Origin: Pseudomonadota bacterium
Lineage (GTDB): Bacteria; Pseudomonadota; Alphaproteobacteria; Rhizobiales; JAKSCL01
Length of the DNA: 64,000 nt
Assembly (NCBI GenBank): GCA_039026395.1
Contig: JBCCMK010000007.1
Location: 1,623 to 65,622, forward strand
Reading direction: 5' to 3'
The position numbers were made by a program, and so were the translations under genes. This document shows, piece by piece, positions 19,915 through 31,857 of this stretch. The stretch's first letter is position 1. Each line of letters begins with the position of its first letter. The notes beneath the pieces are model-generated. The model was not told the DNA's origin, ran no database searches, and was given only the letters and a program-made list of their open reading frames with translations.

Positions 19915-20610
19915 ATGATACTCACATGGCTTGGGCATGCGGCCTATCGGCTTGAAGTCGGCGCCGCCGTAATCCTGATCGATCCCTTCCTCACCGGGAA
20001 TTCAAGTTTCGAGGGCGATGTAGATGCGGTGAGCGAGGGCTGCACGCACGTCGTGCTCAGCCATGGGCACATGGACCATGTCGGCGACACGGAAGCGATC
20101 TGCAAGAAAACCGGCGCGCAACTCGTCTCGAATTACGAGATCTATGAGTGGATGAGCGCGAAAGGGATTGAAAACGTCAATCCTGGCAATCCCGGCGGTA
20201 CGCTTAACTGCGGAGACTTCAGTGTTACGCTCACGCACGCCAACCATTCATCTGCGGTGATTGAAAATGGCGTCCCGATCTATCTCGGCGCCGCTTGCGG
20301 TCTGGTGTTTGAGGGAGATTTCCCGACGCTCTATCACATGGGCGATACGAACATGTACTCAGATATGGCTCTTATCCATGAATTTCATCAGCCTAAGATC
20401 GGCATTGTCCCGGTCGGCGACCGCTTCACCATGGGTGGTCGACAGGCCGCGATTGCGTGTCAGCGCTACTTCGATTTCGAGACGATCATTCCATGCCACT
20501 ACGGCACGTTCCCGGTTATTGATCAGACACCGGATAAATTCATTGATGCGCTCGGTGATGATGCGTCGAAGGTTACGGTCATGGAGGTTGGAACAGCGCT
20601 TACATTGTAG
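19915..20610 (+). CDS. Metal-dependent hydrolase, MBL fold (UPF0173)
   Basis: WLGHA, IDPFL, SHGHMDHVGD, YHMGDT and PCHYGTF. Confidence 0.9.
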   Translation: MILTWLGHAAYRLEVGAAVILIDPFLTGNSSFEGDVDAVSEGCTHVVLSHGHMDHVGDTEAICKKTGAQLVSNYEIYEWMSAKGIENVNPGNPGGTLNCGDFSVTLTHANHSSAVIENGVPIYLGAACGLVFEGDFPTLYHMGDTNMYSDMALIHEFHQPKIGIVPVGDRFTMGGRQAAIACQRYFDFETIIPCHYGTFPVIDQTPDKFIDALGDDASKVTVMEVGTALTL

Positions 20611-20727
20611 GCGCGGTTTTCCGATCCAGCGGACTTCAAAGACTGGACAATTCGCGGCCCGACCGCATAGAAGATGCCTCCGCAAAGCATTGCTTTGTAA
20701 AGCTATAGACCCGAAATGAGGCCATCG

Positions 20728-21015
20728 ATGAGCGTCACGACCGAGACCGTACGGCGGGTTGCCCGTCTCGCACGTATCAAGATCACGGATGAGGAAGCGG
20801 AGCGCATGACAGGTGAGCTGTCTTCCATCCTCAACTGGGTTGAGCAGCTCTCATCGGTGAACGTTGCTGACGTGGAGCCCATGACGGCGGTTATCGACAT
20901 GCCGATGCGCAAGCGTGACGATGCAATTACCGATGGCGAAATGGCCGATAAAGTCGTTGCAAATGCGCCTGCCGAAGACGATCACTTTTTCATGGTGCCG
21001 AAGGTGGTGGAGTAG
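20728..21015 (+). CDS. gatC: Asp/Glu-tRNA amidotransferase subunit C
   Basis: [17 protein letters not shown]...FFMVPKVVE. Confidence 0.97.
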   Translation: MSVTTETVRRVARLARIKITDEEAERMTGELSSILNWVEQLSSVNVADVEPMTAVIDMPMRKRDDAITDGEMADKVVANAPAEDDHFFMVPKVVE

Positions 21016-21018
21016 CGC

Positions 21019-21489
21019 TTGGACGTTACGATCGCGGAAGAAACACCGATGCAGGACGACGTTCGAACGATGGTGAAGGCTCTCAATGCCTATCTTGCGC
21101 CACTGTCGCCGCCAGAGTTTCAATTCCAGCTGACTGTCGAACAGATGGCTGGGTCGGGTAACTCGACGTTTGTTGCGCGCGACGCGGACGGCGCCGCTGT
21201 CGGGATGGGCTCACTTTACCGTCACGACGAAGAGTTTGGCGAGGTAAAGCGCATGTTTACCGATGAACGCGCGCGCGGGCAGGGCGTAGGCGCATCCATC
21301 CTGCGTGCGATTGAAGACAGAGCGACGGGAACGGGCATCCAAAAACTCGCGCTCGAAACAGGCGCGACCTCAGGTTTTGAAGGCGCCTGGGCTCTTTACG
21401 AAAAGGCGGGGTACCAGCCCTGCCAGGCATTTGCCGATTACCCAGATTCAGGCTTCAGCCGCTTTTATGAAAAGACACTGACCGTATGA
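21019..21489 (+). CDS. GNAT acetyltransferase
   Basis: GEVKRMF...ARGQGVG...LETG...LYEKAGY. Confidence 0.9.
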   Translation: MDVTIAEETPMQDDVRTMVKALNAYLAPLSPPEFQFQLTVEQMAGSGNSTFVARDADGAAVGMGSLYRHDEEFGEVKRMFTDERARGQGVGASILRAIEDRATGTGIQKLALETGATSGFEGAWALYEKAGYQPCQAFADYPDSGFSRFYEKTLTV

Positions 21490-22967
21490 CTGACCTCACG
21501 ACACTTTCGCTCCGCGACGCCCGGCGTGGCCTTGATGCCAAGGATTTCTCAGCGGTTGAACTGACCGAAGCGTACTTGTCGGCGATTGAGGCTGGGAACG
21601 AGACGCTAAACGCATACATCCTCGTCACAGAAGATAATGCGAGGCATTGGGCAAAGGTGTCTGATGAGAAGCTCGCAAAAGGTGAGGGCGGACCGCTTGA
21701 GGGGATCCCGGTCGGGATCAAAGACCTCTTCGCGACCGAGGGTTACCATACCCAGGCATGCAGCCACATTCTCGATGGCTTCAAGCCGAATTACGAATCC
21801 ACAGTGACCGACAATCTGTGGCGCGATGGTGCAGTCATGCTGGGCAAACTCAACATGGATGAGTTTGCAATGGGCTCGTCTAACGAGACCTCATACTACG
21901 GGAATGTCACTAACCCGTGGCGACGTGAGGGCGATGACACGGCTCTCGTTCCTGGCGGATCATCGGGTGGTTCGGCGTCTGCGGTGGCAGCTGGGCTCTG
22001 TGCGGCGGCGACCGCAACCGATACTGGCGGTTCGATCCGGCAGCCCGCAGCGTTTACCGGGACGGTGGGCATCAAACCGACCTATGGGCGCTGTTCCCGC
22101 TGGGGTGTGGTCGCATTTGCATCCTCGCTCGATCAGGCGGGACCGATTGGCCGGACAGTCGAGGATTGCGCCATCCTTTTGCGTTCAATGGCGTCCATTG
22201 ACCCGAAAGACACAACCAGCGCTGACGTGCCCGTGCCGGACTACGCCGCTCATTTGGATGCAGGCGTCAAAGGCAAGAAGATCGGAATTCCGACCGAGTA
22301 TCGCGTCGATGGGATGCCGCCTGAGATCGAAGCACTGTGGCAGCAAGGTATTGAGTGGATGCGCGATGCAGGAGCCGAGATCGTTGACATCTCATTGCCT
22401 CACACGCGGTTTGCGCTTCCAGCCTACTACATTGTCGCGCCCGCGGAGGCGTCATCCAACCTCGCACGATATGATGGCGTCCGATATGGCCTTCGCGTGC
22501 CGGGCGATGACATTGTCGATATGTATGAAAAGACCCGCGCGGCAGGTTTCGGCGACGAGGTGAAACGGCGTGTTTTGATCGGAACGTATGTGCTCTCAGC
22601 GGGTTACTACGACGCTTACTACCTTCAGGCGCAGAAGGTTCGCACGCTCATCAAGCGAGACTTCGAAACCGCGTTCAACGACGGCATTGACGCGATCCTG
22701 ACGCCGACTTCACCGAACGCGGCCTTCGCGCCGGGCGAAATTACTGACCCGGTGGCGATGTACCTGAACGACATCTTTACGGTGACGGTGAACATGGCTG
22801 GTCTGCCCGGGATTTCTGTTCCGGCGGGCCTCAGCTCAGAAGGCCTGCCACTCGGACTGCAACTGATCGGCCGCCCATTTGAAGAAGAAACACTTTTCCA
22901 GACCGGTCGCGTGATCGAAAAGGCGGCAGGGCATTTCACGCCGCAAAAATGGTGGGCGAAGGGATGA
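21486..22967 (+). CDS. gatA: Asp/Glu-tRNA amidotransferase subunit A
   Basis: [29 protein letters not shown] and [13 protein letters not shown]. Confidence 0.98.
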   Translation: MTDLTTLSLRDARRGLDAKDFSAVELTEAYLSAIEAGNETLNAYILVTEDNARHWAKVSDEKLAKGEGGPLEGIPVGIKDLFATEGYHTQACSHILDGFKPNYESTVTDNLWRDGAVMLGKLNMDEFAMGSSNETSYYGNVTNPWRREGDDTALVPGGSSGGSASAVAAGLCAAATATDTGGSIRQPAAFTGTVGIKPTYGRCSRWGVVAFASSLDQAGPIGRTVEDCAILLRSMASIDPKDTTSADVPVPDYAAHLDAGVKGKKIGIPTEYRVDGMPPEIEALWQQGIEWMRDAGAEIVDISLPHTRFALPAYYIVAPAEASSNLARYDGVRYGLRVPGDDIVDMYEKTRAAGFGDEVKRRVLIGTYVLSAGYYDAYYLQAQKVRTLIKRDFETAFNDGIDAILTPTSPNAAFAPGEITDPVAMYLNDIFTVTVNMAGLPGISVPAGLSSEGLPLGLQLIGRPFEEETLFQTGRVIEKAAGHFTPQKWWAKG

Positions 22968-23176
22968 CCCGCATCATTGGCGGTGCATGCTTGAATGCCA
23001 CCGGCTGGATCTTCCTCGTTGCGGGTGTCCTCTACCTGGCGGCTGTTATCGTCATGCCGCTCCACGGCATGGAGCGCACGATTGAGCCGGTCATCGGTGG
23101 TGCGCTTGGGATCGCGGGCGGCATGGTCATGCTCATGATCGCGCGCCGCATTTCCGCTGTCGGAGCGACAGAGTGA
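22964..23176 (+). CDS. Small two-TM hypothetical membrane protein
   Basis: ATGA overlap with the gatA stop and GTGA overlap with the next gene; two hydrophobic segments. Confidence 0.65.
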   Translation: MTRIIGGACLNATGWIFLVAGVLYLAAVIVMPLHGMERTIEPVIGGALGIAGGMVMLMIARRISAVGATE

Positions 23177-23613
23177 GCACGCCGCCACTCACAGGCGGCT
23201 GCCATTGCGGTCGGGTGACGTTCACATACGCCGGTCCCGTGAACATGCAATACATCTGCCACTGTTCCGATTGTCGCCGGATCAACGGAACGGCCTGGCA
23301 TGCTGGCCTCCTCATCGAGAGCGCGCAATTCGAGTATAATGGCGAAGTCGCCGAGTACACTGTGACCGCCGATAGTGGTCGGCCTCTCACGCGGTCGTTT
23401 TGCCCGGTGTGTGGCAGCCAACTTTGGTCGACAACCAGTCGCGGCGCCGAATTTCTGTCGCTCAAGGCTGGCGTTCTTGACGACCAATCAGTCTTCTCGC
23501 CTGGCACTGAAATCTGGGCCGATAGCAAAGCGCCCTGGGCGTTCCCGACAGATATCGAGCAATCCTACCCTCAAGGCACGAATTCCGGCGCCGCCAAAGG
23601 ACACGCATCATGA
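23173..23613 (+). CDS. GFA/CENP-V family zinc protein
   Basis: [14 protein letters not shown] and RSFCPVCGS. Confidence 0.92.
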   Translation: MSTPPLTGGCHCGRVTFTYAGPVNMQYICHCSDCRRINGTAWHAGLLIESAQFEYNGEVAEYTVTADSGRPLTRSFCPVCGSQLWSTTSRGAEFLSLKAGVLDDQSVFSPGTEIWADSKAPWAFPTDIEQSYPQGTNSGAAKGHAS

Positions 23614-25088
23614 CGGCACATGTTCAAAACATCGATCAAGCCAAGCTGATCACGGGCGCAACGGGTGACTGGGAGGTCATCATCGGGCTCGAAGTGCATG
23701 CGCAGGTTCTCTCGCAATCGAAGCTGTTTTCTGGCGCCTCGACCGCGTTTGGTGGGCAACCGAACGATCATGTGAGCCTCGTTGATGCTGCAATGCCGGG
23801 CATGCTTCCGGTGATCAACATGGAGTGCATCGCCCAGGCGATCCGCACGGGGCTGGGGCTGAAGGCGCAGATCAACTTGAAGTCCGTGTTCGACCGGAAG
23901 AACTATTTCTATCCTGACCTGCCGCAGGGCTATCAGATTTCACAGTTTCAGCAGCCGATCGTGGGTGAGGGGACCGTGCTCGTCGACATCGGTGACGAAA
24001 CGATCGTGGTCGGCATCGAGCGCCTTCACTTGGAACAAGATGCGGGCAAATCGATCCACGATCTGCATCCGGCGATGAGTTATGTCGATCTCAATCGGTC
24101 CGGCGTGGCGCTGATGGAAATCGTCACGAAGCCCGATATGCGCTCGTCAGACGAGGCGAAGGCGTTCGTCACGAAGCTTCGCACGATCCTGCGCTATCTC
24201 GGCACCTGCGACGGCAATATGGAGCAAGGCTCCATGCGGGCGGATGTGAACGTGTCAGTGCGCAAGCCTGGAACTCCTTTTGGTACCCGCTGCGAGATCA
24301 AGAACGTGAACTCGATCCGGTTCATCGGTCAGGCCATTGAATACGAAGCGCGCCGCCAGATCGACATTCTCGAAGAGGGCGGCGAGATCGATCAGGAGAC
24401 GCGTCTCTTCGATCCAAAAGAGGGGGTCACGCGGTCGATGCGTTCAAAGGAAGAGGCGCACGATTATCGCTATTTCCCGGACCCTGACCTCCTGCCGTTG
24501 TCGCTGGAGCCAGCATTTGTCGAGGGTCTCGAAAAGGACCTGCCAGAACTGCCTGACGAGAAAAAGCAGCGCCTCGTCAACGATTTCGGCTTGAAGGGCT
24601 ATGATGCCGGTATTCTGGTCTCTGACAAACCGATTGCTGACTATTTTGAAGCCGTTGCTGGTGGGCGGGATGCAAAACTCACGGCGAACTGGGTGATCAA
24701 CGAACTTCTGGGCGCGCTCAACAAAGCCGGGAAGGGCATCGAAGAGAGCCCGATTTCGGCTGATCAACTCGGCGCAATCGTCGAGATGATTTCGGACGGC
24801 ACGATTTCCGGAAAGATCGCAAAAGACGTCTTCGAAATCGTTTGGTCAGAGGGCGGCGACCCAAAGCAAATTGTCGAAGATCGTGGAATGAAACAGGTCA
24901 CGGACCTGGGTGCGATTGAGGCTGAGGTGGATGCCATCATCGCTGCAAATCCGGACAAGGTGGAGCAGGCTAAGGGCAAGCCTGGGCTCCTCGGCTGGTT
25001 CGTCGGTCAGGTTATGAAGGCAACAGGCGGCAAGGCGAACCCGCAGGCCGTCAACAAAATGCTGCGCGAAAAGATCGGGATCGAGTGA
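23610..25088 (+). CDS. gatB: Asp/Glu-tRNA amidotransferase subunit B
   Basis: [36 protein letters not shown] and [10 protein letters not shown]. Confidence 0.98.
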   Translation: MTAHVQNIDQAKLITGATGDWEVIIGLEVHAQVLSQSKLFSGASTAFGGQPNDHVSLVDAAMPGMLPVINMECIAQAIRTGLGLKAQINLKSVFDRKNYFYPDLPQGYQISQFQQPIVGEGTVLVDIGDETIVVGIERLHLEQDAGKSIHDLHPAMSYVDLNRSGVALMEIVTKPDMRSSDEAKAFVTKLRTILRYLGTCDGNMEQGSMRADVNVSVRKPGTPFGTRCEIKNVNSIRFIGQAIEYEARRQIDILEEGGEIDQETRLFDPKEGVTRSMRSKEEAHDYRYFPDPDLLPLSLEPAFVEGLEKDLPELPDEKKQRLVNDFGLKGYDAGILVSDKPIADYFEAVAGGRDAKLTANWVINELLGALNKAGKGIEESPISADQLGAIVEMISDGTISGKIAKDVFEIVWSEGGDPKQIVEDRGMKQVTDLGAIEAEVDAIIAANPDKVEQAKGKPGLLGWFVGQVMKATGGKANPQAVNKMLREKIGIE

Positions 25089-25576
25089 GCCTCACCGTAC
25101 GCATTGCGCGCGAGGTTGAGCTTCCTAAGCTGAAAGAGCTTCTCGATAGAAGTTGGCGGGAAACCTATTCGCCTATCGTCGGTGCCGATTCCGTGGAGGC
25201 CGCTCTGGAAGATCGGTATTCGGTCGAAAAGCTGTCATTAGATCTGAACAAAGACCCGGAAGTTTCTCTCATTGCTGAGAAAGATGGCGATTTAATCGGG
25301 CACGTTTTTGCAATCCACCGTCACGATGAGCTCTATGTCGATCGGCTTCACGTCATCGCCAAGGCTCGACGTTCAGGCGCTGCCCGAGCGCTCATGGACA
25401 AGGTTGCGGAAATCGCGAAAAGCCGATCTGTGTCGAAAATCCGCCTCGAGGTTATGCAAGCAAACGAAGGTGCGGTTCGCTTCTACGAAGCACTTGGCTA
25501 CACCGCAACGGAGCGCCGTGAGGCATGCGGCGCGACCCTGCCGTCTCCGTCATTGATGATGGAATTGGCGGTATAG
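25085..25576 (+). CDS. GNAT acetyltransferase
   Basis: RLHV..ARRSGAA...[16 protein letters not shown]. Confidence 0.88.
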   Translation: MSLTVRIAREVELPKLKELLDRSWRETYSPIVGADSVEAALEDRYSVEKLSLDLNKDPEVSLIAEKDGDLIGHVFAIHRHDELYVDRLHVIAKARRSGAARALMDKVAEIAKSRSVSKIRLEVMQANEGAVRFYEALGYTATERREACGATLPSPSLMMELAV

Positions 25577-25580
25577 ACCT

Positions 25581-26027
25581 TTGCGTATTCGGCGCGCGGA
25601 ACGTCATGATCTGGTCGCTATTCGAATGTGTGCTGAGGCGGCGTATGAGCGCTATGTCGCCGCTATCGGGCGCAGGCCCGCACCCATGGTCGCTGACTTT
25701 GCAGGGCAGATTGATCGCGGCATTGTTTCAGTTGTCATCGACGAAACAGCGGTGATTGTCGGTTTCATCGTGTTTTACCCGCAAGGCGATCACATGTTTC
25801 TGGAGAATGTCGCGATACGGCCGGAGAGCGCGGGGCGGGGGATAGGGCGCGCTCTCATTCAATATTGTGAGGCCGAGGCATGCCGTCTCGGGCTTTCCAA
25901 AGTGCGCCTCTACACCAACGAGAAGATGGTCGAGAATCTCTCACTCTACCCACGGCTCGGATATGCGGAGATTGAACGCCGCACCGAAGAGGGTTTTCGC
26001 AGGGTCTACTTTGAAAAGGCCCTTTAG
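25581..26027 (+). CDS. GNAT acetyltransferase
   Basis: [19 protein letters not shown]...[19 protein letters not shown]. Confidence 0.88.
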   Translation: MRIRRAERHDLVAIRMCAEAAYERYVAAIGRRPAPMVADFAGQIDRGIVSVVIDETAVIVGFIVFYPQGDHMFLENVAIRPESAGRGIGRALIQYCEAEACRLGLSKVRLYTNEKMVENLSLYPRLGYAEIERRTEEGFRRVYFEKAL

Positions 26028-26818
26028 ACCGTCCCGCCGAGCGAGCCTTCCAGTTCCACCATCTCCTGACCACCAGCCATCATGTCTTGCAATTCTTCCG
26101 GCGTGATCTGACCGCGCTGAGCCGTACCCAGCGTGCGCCCACGATTCAGAACTGTGAAACGGTCGCCCACTGCTAACGCGTGCCTCACATTGTGGGTGAT
26201 GAAGACGACAGCGATGTCCTGTTTGCGCACCTTGTCGATGGTTGCAAGAACGTTGGCGGTCTGCCTCACACCGAGCGCAGATGTCGGTTCGTCGAGGATC
26301 AAGACCTTCGCGCCGAAGTGGACTGCCCGCGAAATGGCCACTGTCTGGCGTTCACCGCCCGAAAGTGTGCCCACGGCCTGGTCCGGTCCGCGCAAATTGA
26401 TCCCCATTTTGCGCATCTGCTCCATGGTGATCCGGTCTGCCTGGTCCTTATCGAAGAATGGAATGCCAAACCGCTTCTTTGTGGGTTCGTTCCCCATGAA
26501 GAAATTTCGGCTGACGCTCATCAGCGGGATCATCGCAAGATGTTGGTGCACCGTTGCAATTCCCGCATCCATTGCGTCGCGCGGCGTTTCGAAGTTGAGC
26601 GGCTTTCCTTCAAACAGGATTTCGCCCTTCGTCGGTTTATGAACCCCCGACATCGTCTTGATAAATGTGGATTTTCCTGCGCCATTATCGCCCAAAAGGC
26701 AATGGCATTCGCCGGGGTAGACATCGACGGAAACCCCGGCCAGCGCGATCACTGAGCCGAAGTGTTTCTCGATATTCCTCATCTCGATGATGGGGGCGTG
26801 TGTGGTTCGTGTGTTCAT
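26024..26818 (-). CDS. Sugar (inositol-type) ABC transporter ATP-binding protein
   Basis: Walker [17 protein letters not shown] and ILDEPT. Confidence 0.93.
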   Translation of the reverse strand: MNTRTTHAPIIEMRNIEKHFGSVIALAGVSVDVYPGECHCLLGDNGAGKSTFIKTMSGVHKPTKGEILFEGKPLNFETPRDAMDAGIATVHQHLAMIPLMSVSRNFFMGNEPTKKRFGIPFFDKDQADRITMEQMRKMGINLRGPDQAVGTLSGGERQTVAISRAVHFGAKVLILDEPTSALGVRQTANVLATIDKVRKQDIAVVFITHNVRHALAVGDRFTVLNRGRTLGTAQRGQITPEELQDMMAGGQEMVELEGSLGGTV

Positions 26819-26829
26819 GACGCGCCTCC

Positions 26830-27954
26830 CTATCGTTCGCCGGTGATCATGCGGCGGATGTAGGTGTTGAGGATCACCGCACCGAGCAAAATAACGCCTA
26901 GGAATACCCGGAAGAGGGAACTCTCAACCCCCGCGAAGAAGAGGCCCTGCTGCACCACGCCGAAGATCAGAGCACCAAGTGCTGCGCCGAGCACGGAGCC
27001 GTAGCCGCCCGTCAGGAGAGCGCCACCGATGACGACTGCGATGATGGCTTCGAACTCTTTCAAGAGCCCGCGATCCGCCCCGGCTGAACCGAATTCCATG
27101 ACCTGGCAGGTTGCAAAAACGGTCGCGCAGAACGCCGTGAACATGAACATCAGGATTTTGACGCGGTTGACCGGAACGCCCGAATTTCTGGCCGATTCCG
27201 CATCGCCGCCGGCTGCAAAAATCCAGTTTCCAAATTTCGTCTTGGTCAGGAGGATGTGGCCGAAGATGACCAATATGATAGCCCATACAATCAGCATGGG
27301 GAGGCCATCCACCACAGGCTGGCCCTCACGCGTGCCGCGCTGGAAGACGTCGATGAGACCCGCGTCGCCCATCCATTGAAAGATCGGCTGGCCGATCTTT
27401 CCGCCGAATATTGGAGCGAGCCAATCGCTTTCCGCCGCATCGCGTATCCCGCCAATTATCGTTTTATTCTCAATGGTTTGCGGCAGGAAGATCGTGAAGC
27501 CCCGAAGGATGAAGAGAAAGGCGAGCGTGACGATGAAGCTTGGCAGCCCCGTGCGAATGACAATGAAGCCGTTCACCGCGCCGATCGCGATGCAGAGCAC
27601 GAATGTTGTGATAATCGAAAGCCAAACCGGCCAGCCGAGCGTGACGGCAAGGATCGCAATGATCATGCCCGCGAAGCCAATCATCGAGCCAACAGAGAGG
27701 TCGAACTCGCCCGCGATCATGAGCAAGCACGCACCGACCGCGATGATCATGAATTGAGCCGAAACGATCGACCAGTTCATGATGCCCTGGGCAGCGAACA
27801 TGCCGCTATCAAATGCAAAGAGCAGGAAGAAGGTGAAGACGGCGATGGTGCCAACCATACCGCCGAGCTCTGGTCGAATCAGCGCCTTTCGAAGTGGCGA
27901 CATCTCCTTGATGCGCTCATCGACGACTGCGGTTGTGTTTGTAGCTTCAGACAT
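26830..27954 (-). CDS. Sugar (inositol-type) ABC transporter permease
   Basis: [18 protein letters not shown] and [12 protein letters not shown] (CUT2 permease). Confidence 0.93.
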   Translation of the reverse strand: MSEATNTTAVVDERIKEMSPLRKALIRPELGGMVGTIAVFTFFLLFAFDSGMFAAQGIMNWSIVSAQFMIIAVGACLLMIAGEFDLSVGSMIGFAGMIIAILAVTLGWPVWLSIITTFVLCIAIGAVNGFIVIRTGLPSFIVTLAFLFILRGFTIFLPQTIENKTIIGGIRDAAESDWLAPIFGGKIGQPIFQWMGDAGLIDVFQRGTREGQPVVDGLPMLIVWAIILVIFGHILLTKTKFGNWIFAAGGDAESARNSGVPVNRVKILMFMFTAFCATVFATCQVMEFGSAGADRGLLKEFEAIIAVVIGGALLTGGYGSVLGAALGALIFGVVQQGLFFAGVESSLFRVFLGVILLGAVILNTYIRRMITGER

Positions 27955-28045
27955 GGACTCCCCCCGTTTGGCGCTTTTCGCGCTCATCTCGTTTGGGTGA
28001 AATCGTAACGGGCTCTCAGAAACGTCAGTGGCCTGGAGCCAGAAC

Positions 28046-28073
28046 GAAAAAGGGCGCGTCCGAGACGCGCCCT
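28046..28073 (-). terminator. Intercistronic hairpin/terminator after the solute-binding protein gene
   Basis: Perfect stem AGGGCGCGTC-CGA-GACGCGCCCT (28051-28073) followed by a T-run on the minus strand. Confidence 0.7.
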
Positions 28074-28086
28074 GAGCTTTTCGTGA

Positions 28087-29028
28087 TTACCGGTACTCGC
28101 CGGCGAACTCTTCAACTTTGGTTAGCCCGTCTGCCGTGACGAAGCCTGGTCCAGAGTTGATATTGTTGCCCGGCAGGACGCCGTAGCGGTCATAGTTTGC
28201 GAGCACAACAACCGGTAGGTAAGCTTGCAGGAATGGCTGCTGGTCAATGCCCCAGTTGATGACGCCATCCTTGATCGCGGTCACAATTTCTGCGCCGAGG
28301 TCAAAGGTGCCGAAGTGGATGTCGCCTGCCATGCCGTTTTCCTTGACGGCAGCGATTGTCGGGTCTGCGGAAACCGGGCCGAGCGTCAAGATGCCATCGA
28401 CGTCTGGGTTAGCCGAAAGGTAAGCCAGAACCTTATTCTTGATTTCGGCCGGGTCCGTGCCGGAGTCCATCATGGCATCGCCGAGTTCAACACCCAGACC
28501 GTCGGCATAACCGCGGCAACGCTCACCAACCGTTGGCTGCTGAATGGCGTGGTTGACACAGAGGAAGTTCGTGACGCCTTCGCCCTTCGCACGGATACCA
28601 GCGGCAAGACCTGCGTCATACTCAGGCTGACCGACATACATCAGGGCGCCCACTTCGCGGGCTTGCTCCGGCGTGCCCGTGTTCATGATGATGACGTCAA
28701 TACCTTGATCGACGGCTGCCGAAATCGGGCCTTTCAGAACGTCAAAGTCGGCAAGGGTGGTGATGATGCCGTCGGGCTGAGCTGCTGCAGCCTGCTCGAT
28801 AATACGTGCCATATCCGCAATGTCGCCGGTCGGCGGGTTACGGTATTCGACGTTGACGCCAACCTGCTCACCGGCAAGTGCGATGCCGTTTTTGATCGTG
28901 TTCCACCAGGAATCGCTGTCAGGCGCGTGGCTGACGAGCACGTATTCCAGATTGTCCTGCGCCTTTGCCGCGAACGGCGTGGCGACGAGAGCGACGCCCA
29001 AAGCGACTGATGCGAGTAAAGCCTTCAT
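28087..29028 (-). CDS. Sugar ABC substrate-binding protein, probably myo-inositol
   Basis: Signal peptide; SHAPDSDSWWNTIKNG...IDQQPFLQAYLP...GEYR recalls Roseobacter-group inositol SBPs. ATG 29028 has a GGGAGG SD. Confidence 0.85.
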   Translation of the reverse strand: MKALLASVALGVALVATPFAAKAQDNLEYVLVSHAPDSDSWWNTIKNGIALAGEQVGVNVEYRNPPTGDIADMARIIEQAAAAQPDGIITTLADFDVLKGPISAAVDQGIDVIIMNTGTPEQAREVGALMYVGQPEYDAGLAAGIRAKGEGVTNFLCVNHAIQQPTVGERCRGYADGLGVELGDAMMDSGTDPAEIKNKVLAYLSANPDVDGILTLGPVSADPTIAAVKENGMAGDIHFGTFDLGAEIVTAIKDGVINWGIDQQPFLQAYLPVVVLANYDRYGVLPGNNINSGPGFVTADGLTKVEEFAGEYR

Positions 29029-29111
29029 GTGATCCTCCCAGATCTCTGTCGTGCAAATTCTTGCGCGGTCATCCGCGTCTTGAGTGGAAACACAGCACAG
29101 GCCGTGACCGT

Positions 29112-29127
29112 TTGCAACCGGTTGCAA
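29112..29127. promoter_or_regulatory. LacI-family operator
   Basis: Perfect 16-bp palindrome TTGCAACCGGTTGCAA with a central CG, between the divergent SBP and LacI genes. Confidence 0.85.
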
Positions 29128-29171
29128 TTTGCACTGGCGCTTTTTCATGCACCGCCTCTATGCTTGGCGCC

Positions 29172-30161
29172 ATGGCAACGTTGAAAGATGTGGCAGCACG
29201 GGCAGGGGTATCGCGGTCGGCGGTGTCACGGACGTTTACCGAGGGTGCGTCCGTGTCCGCAGACATGCGGCGCCGGGTGCAATTGGCGGCCGATGAGTTG
29301 GGCTACAGACCAAACGCTTTGGCATCCAGTCTGACGACCGGGCGCACAAAGCTCATCGGTTTGGTCTCAAACAACTTCCATAATCCGATCTTTCTCGAGG
29401 TTTTTGATCGCTTTACCCGGGGGCTGCAACAGCGCGGACTGCGGCCATTGCTTGTGAACCTCTCAGACGAGACTGATCCGGCGCAATCCGTTCGCATGAT
29501 GCGGGATTACTCCGTTGACGGTGTGATCGTTGCGTCATCAACGCTCTCCCCGAGCTTCGCACAGGCATTCAAAGACGAAGGAATTCCCGTCGTCCATTCG
29601 TTCGGACGGTTCTCGGAGGCGCCGCATGTTCATGTCGTCGGCATCGACAATGTGGAATGCGGGCGAATGGCGGCGCGTGCGTTGATCGAAAGAGGCTATA
29701 TGCGCATTGCGTTTTTGGGGGGACCGGAGGAGGCCACATCAACGCAAGATCGATTGGACGGGTTTCTTGAGGTCGCGTCCGCTGCCCCGGGCGTGCGAGT
29801 AACGCATACGTTCGCTAGAGCCTACTCATTCGATGCTGGACGCGAAGAGATGGCTCGCTTGATCGATAGGGGGCCAGCTGACGCCTACTTCTGCGGGGAC
29901 GATGTCCTGTCAATCGGAGCGCTGAGTGCCGTGAGAACGGCTGGGCTGGATTGCCCGCGGGACGTCGCGATCATCGGGCTGAACGACATGGAGATGGCCC
30001 GCTGGGAAAATATCGCACTCACCACGATCCATCAGCCGATCGCTGAGATCATCGAAGCCTCGGTTAACTTAGTCGTCGCCATGTTCGACGATCCGGACGT
30101 TGAGCCGACCGCAATGCTGTTTCCGTGTCACATTGTTGAGCGACAGACGCTCGTTTCCTAG
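29172..30161 (+). CDS. LacI family transcriptional regulator
   Basis: MATLKDVAARAGVSRSAVSR HTH, hinge YRPNALASSL, and ALTTIHQP. Confidence 0.95.
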   Translation: MATLKDVAARAGVSRSAVSRTFTEGASVSADMRRRVQLAADELGYRPNALASSLTTGRTKLIGLVSNNFHNPIFLEVFDRFTRGLQQRGLRPLLVNLSDETDPAQSVRMMRDYSVDGVIVASSTLSPSFAQAFKDEGIPVVHSFGRFSEAPHVHVVGIDNVECGRMAARALIERGYMRIAFLGGPEEATSTQDRLDGFLEVASAAPGVRVTHTFARAYSFDAGREEMARLIDRGPADAYFCGDDVLSIGALSAVRTAGLDCPRDVAIIGLNDMEMARWENIALTTIHQPIAEIIEASVNLVVAMFDDPDVEPTAMLFPCHIVERQTLVS

Positions 30162-30271
30162 GGCCCATATTCGGCACTTGGATTAACGCCCGTTCTGCTA
30201 TGGATATCTCTCCCCTTTCGACCACCACCTTGCGATAGCTCAGCGTCAAAATTGCTTACGAGGATGCGCCA

Positions 30272-30457
30272 ATGGCCGACGACTTTGATCCAGAGAAGCT
30301 CATCGAAGCGATGCTTCCGACGCTCAATTTGCCTGTTCCGGATGAGATGAAGCCTGGAGTTGCGTTTCACCTTGCGGTCGCGGAGAAAATAGCGAGAGAC
30401 GTGATTGCATTTCCGCTTGAAGATGACTCAGAGCCAGGTCCGGTTTTCAAGGCATGA
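30272..30457 (+). CDS. AtzG-like (DUF4089) small amidase partner
   Basis: 61 aa, LNLPVPDEMKPGVAFHL...PLEDDSEPGPVF; ATGA overlap with the amidase gene. Confidence 0.8.
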   Translation: MADDFDPEKLIEAMLPTLNLPVPDEMKPGVAFHLAVAEKIARDVIAFPLEDDSEPGPVFKA

Positions 30458-31851
30458 CGAAAACGGCAAGTGAATTCGCGGCGGCATTGCAATCCGGCGA
30501 GGCGACGGCGACATCGATCGTCGAAAAGACGCTTGAGCGCGTAGGTGCCTACAACGCAAAGCTCGGCGCATTCACCGACGTCATAAAAGAGCGCGCTTTG
30601 AAATGCGCCTCTGAGATCGATGAGAAGCGCGCTGCTGGTGCCGTTCTCGGCCCACTTGCTGGTGTACCGTTTGCCGTCAAAAACCTCTTCGATCTCGAAG
30701 GATTGCCGACCAGAGCTGGTTCGAAGATCAACCGCGATCATCCGCCCGCAAAAGAGGATGCGACCCTTGTGAAGCGGCTCGAGGCCGCGGGCGCGATATG
30801 CGTCGGTACCCTCAACATGGGCGAGTATGCCTATGATTTTACTGGCGAAAACATTCAAGATGGCCCGTCGAGAAATCCGCACAATCTGGACCACATGACC
30901 GGGGGGTCTTCCGGAGGATCAGGCAGCGCGGTGGCGGCGGGCCTGATCCCGATTGCGCTTGGGTCCGACACAAACGGTTCGATACGGGTGCCCGCATCCT
31001 TCTGCGGTGTTTTCGGGCTAAAACCCACCTATGGCGGGCTCTCACGCGCCGGAACATTTCCTCTTTCTTCCAGTCTTGATCATGTTGGGCCTCTCGCGCG
31101 ATCGACATGGGATTTGGCCGCCAGCTTTGACGCGATGAAGGGACATGATCCAAAGGACCCGATTTCGCCGGAACGTCCCGTAGTGGAGACGTTGCAAGCA
31201 TTACCGCGCGGTATCGATAATCTGCGGATTTCAATCGCTGGCGGCTTCTTTCGCGAGATGCAGCTGCCAGACGCCTCAGCGGCGGTGGAAACGGTTGCTG
31301 GCGCTCTTGGCGCGGACACCGAGGTTAAAGTCCAGGATACCAAGGCAGCGCGTGGTGCAGCTTACCTCATCACGATGGCTGAGGGTGCGGCCCTTCACTA
31401 CGAACGATTGAAGACGCGCGGCGATGACTTTGATGTCGCTGTCCGCGAACGCCTCATCGCTGGCGCGATGCTGCCCGCGTGGTGGGTGCAAAGGGCGCAA
31501 AAGCTGAGGCGCATCTATCGTGATCGGTTCCTGGCGCTCTTTGAAGAAACCGATCTCATCATTGCGCCATCGACGCCGTGCGTTGCCCCCAGGATCGGCC
31601 AGAAAGAAATGGAGCTTGATGGCGAGACCATGCCAGTACGGCCTAATATGGGGCTCTTCACCCAACCCATATCTTTCATTGGTTTCCCGGTTGTTTCCGT
31701 CCCCATTTGGCCAAACGGAAGTTCTCTTCCGATCGGCGTGCAGTTGATCGCAGCGCCGTGGCGAGAAGATATTGCGCTACGCGCATCTGCCTATTTGGAG
31801 GCTGAGGGCGTCGCTCAGGCGCCAGTCGCGGCGGGATTCGCTGCGCATTAG
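30454..31851 (+). CDS. AtzE-family amidohydrolase (amidase signature)
   Basis: [40 protein letters not shown] and TQPISFIG. Confidence 0.88.
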   Translation: MTKTASEFAAALQSGEATATSIVEKTLERVGAYNAKLGAFTDVIKERALKCASEIDEKRAAGAVLGPLAGVPFAVKNLFDLEGLPTRAGSKINRDHPPAKEDATLVKRLEAAGAICVGTLNMGEYAYDFTGENIQDGPSRNPHNLDHMTGGSSGGSGSAVAAGLIPIALGSDTNGSIRVPASFCGVFGLKPTYGGLSRAGTFPLSSSLDHVGPLARSTWDLAASFDAMKGHDPKDPISPERPVVETLQALPRGIDNLRISIAGGFFREMQLPDASAAVETVAGALGADTEVKVQDTKAARGAAYLITMAEGAALHYERLKTRGDDFDVAVRERLIAGAMLPAWWVQRAQKLRRIYRDRFLALFEETDLIIAPSTPCVAPRIGQKEMELDGETMPVRPNMGLFTQPISFIGFPVVSVPIWPNGSSLPIGVQLIAAPWREDIALRASAYLEAEGVAQAPVAAGFAAH

Positions 31852-31857
31852 TCGGTT

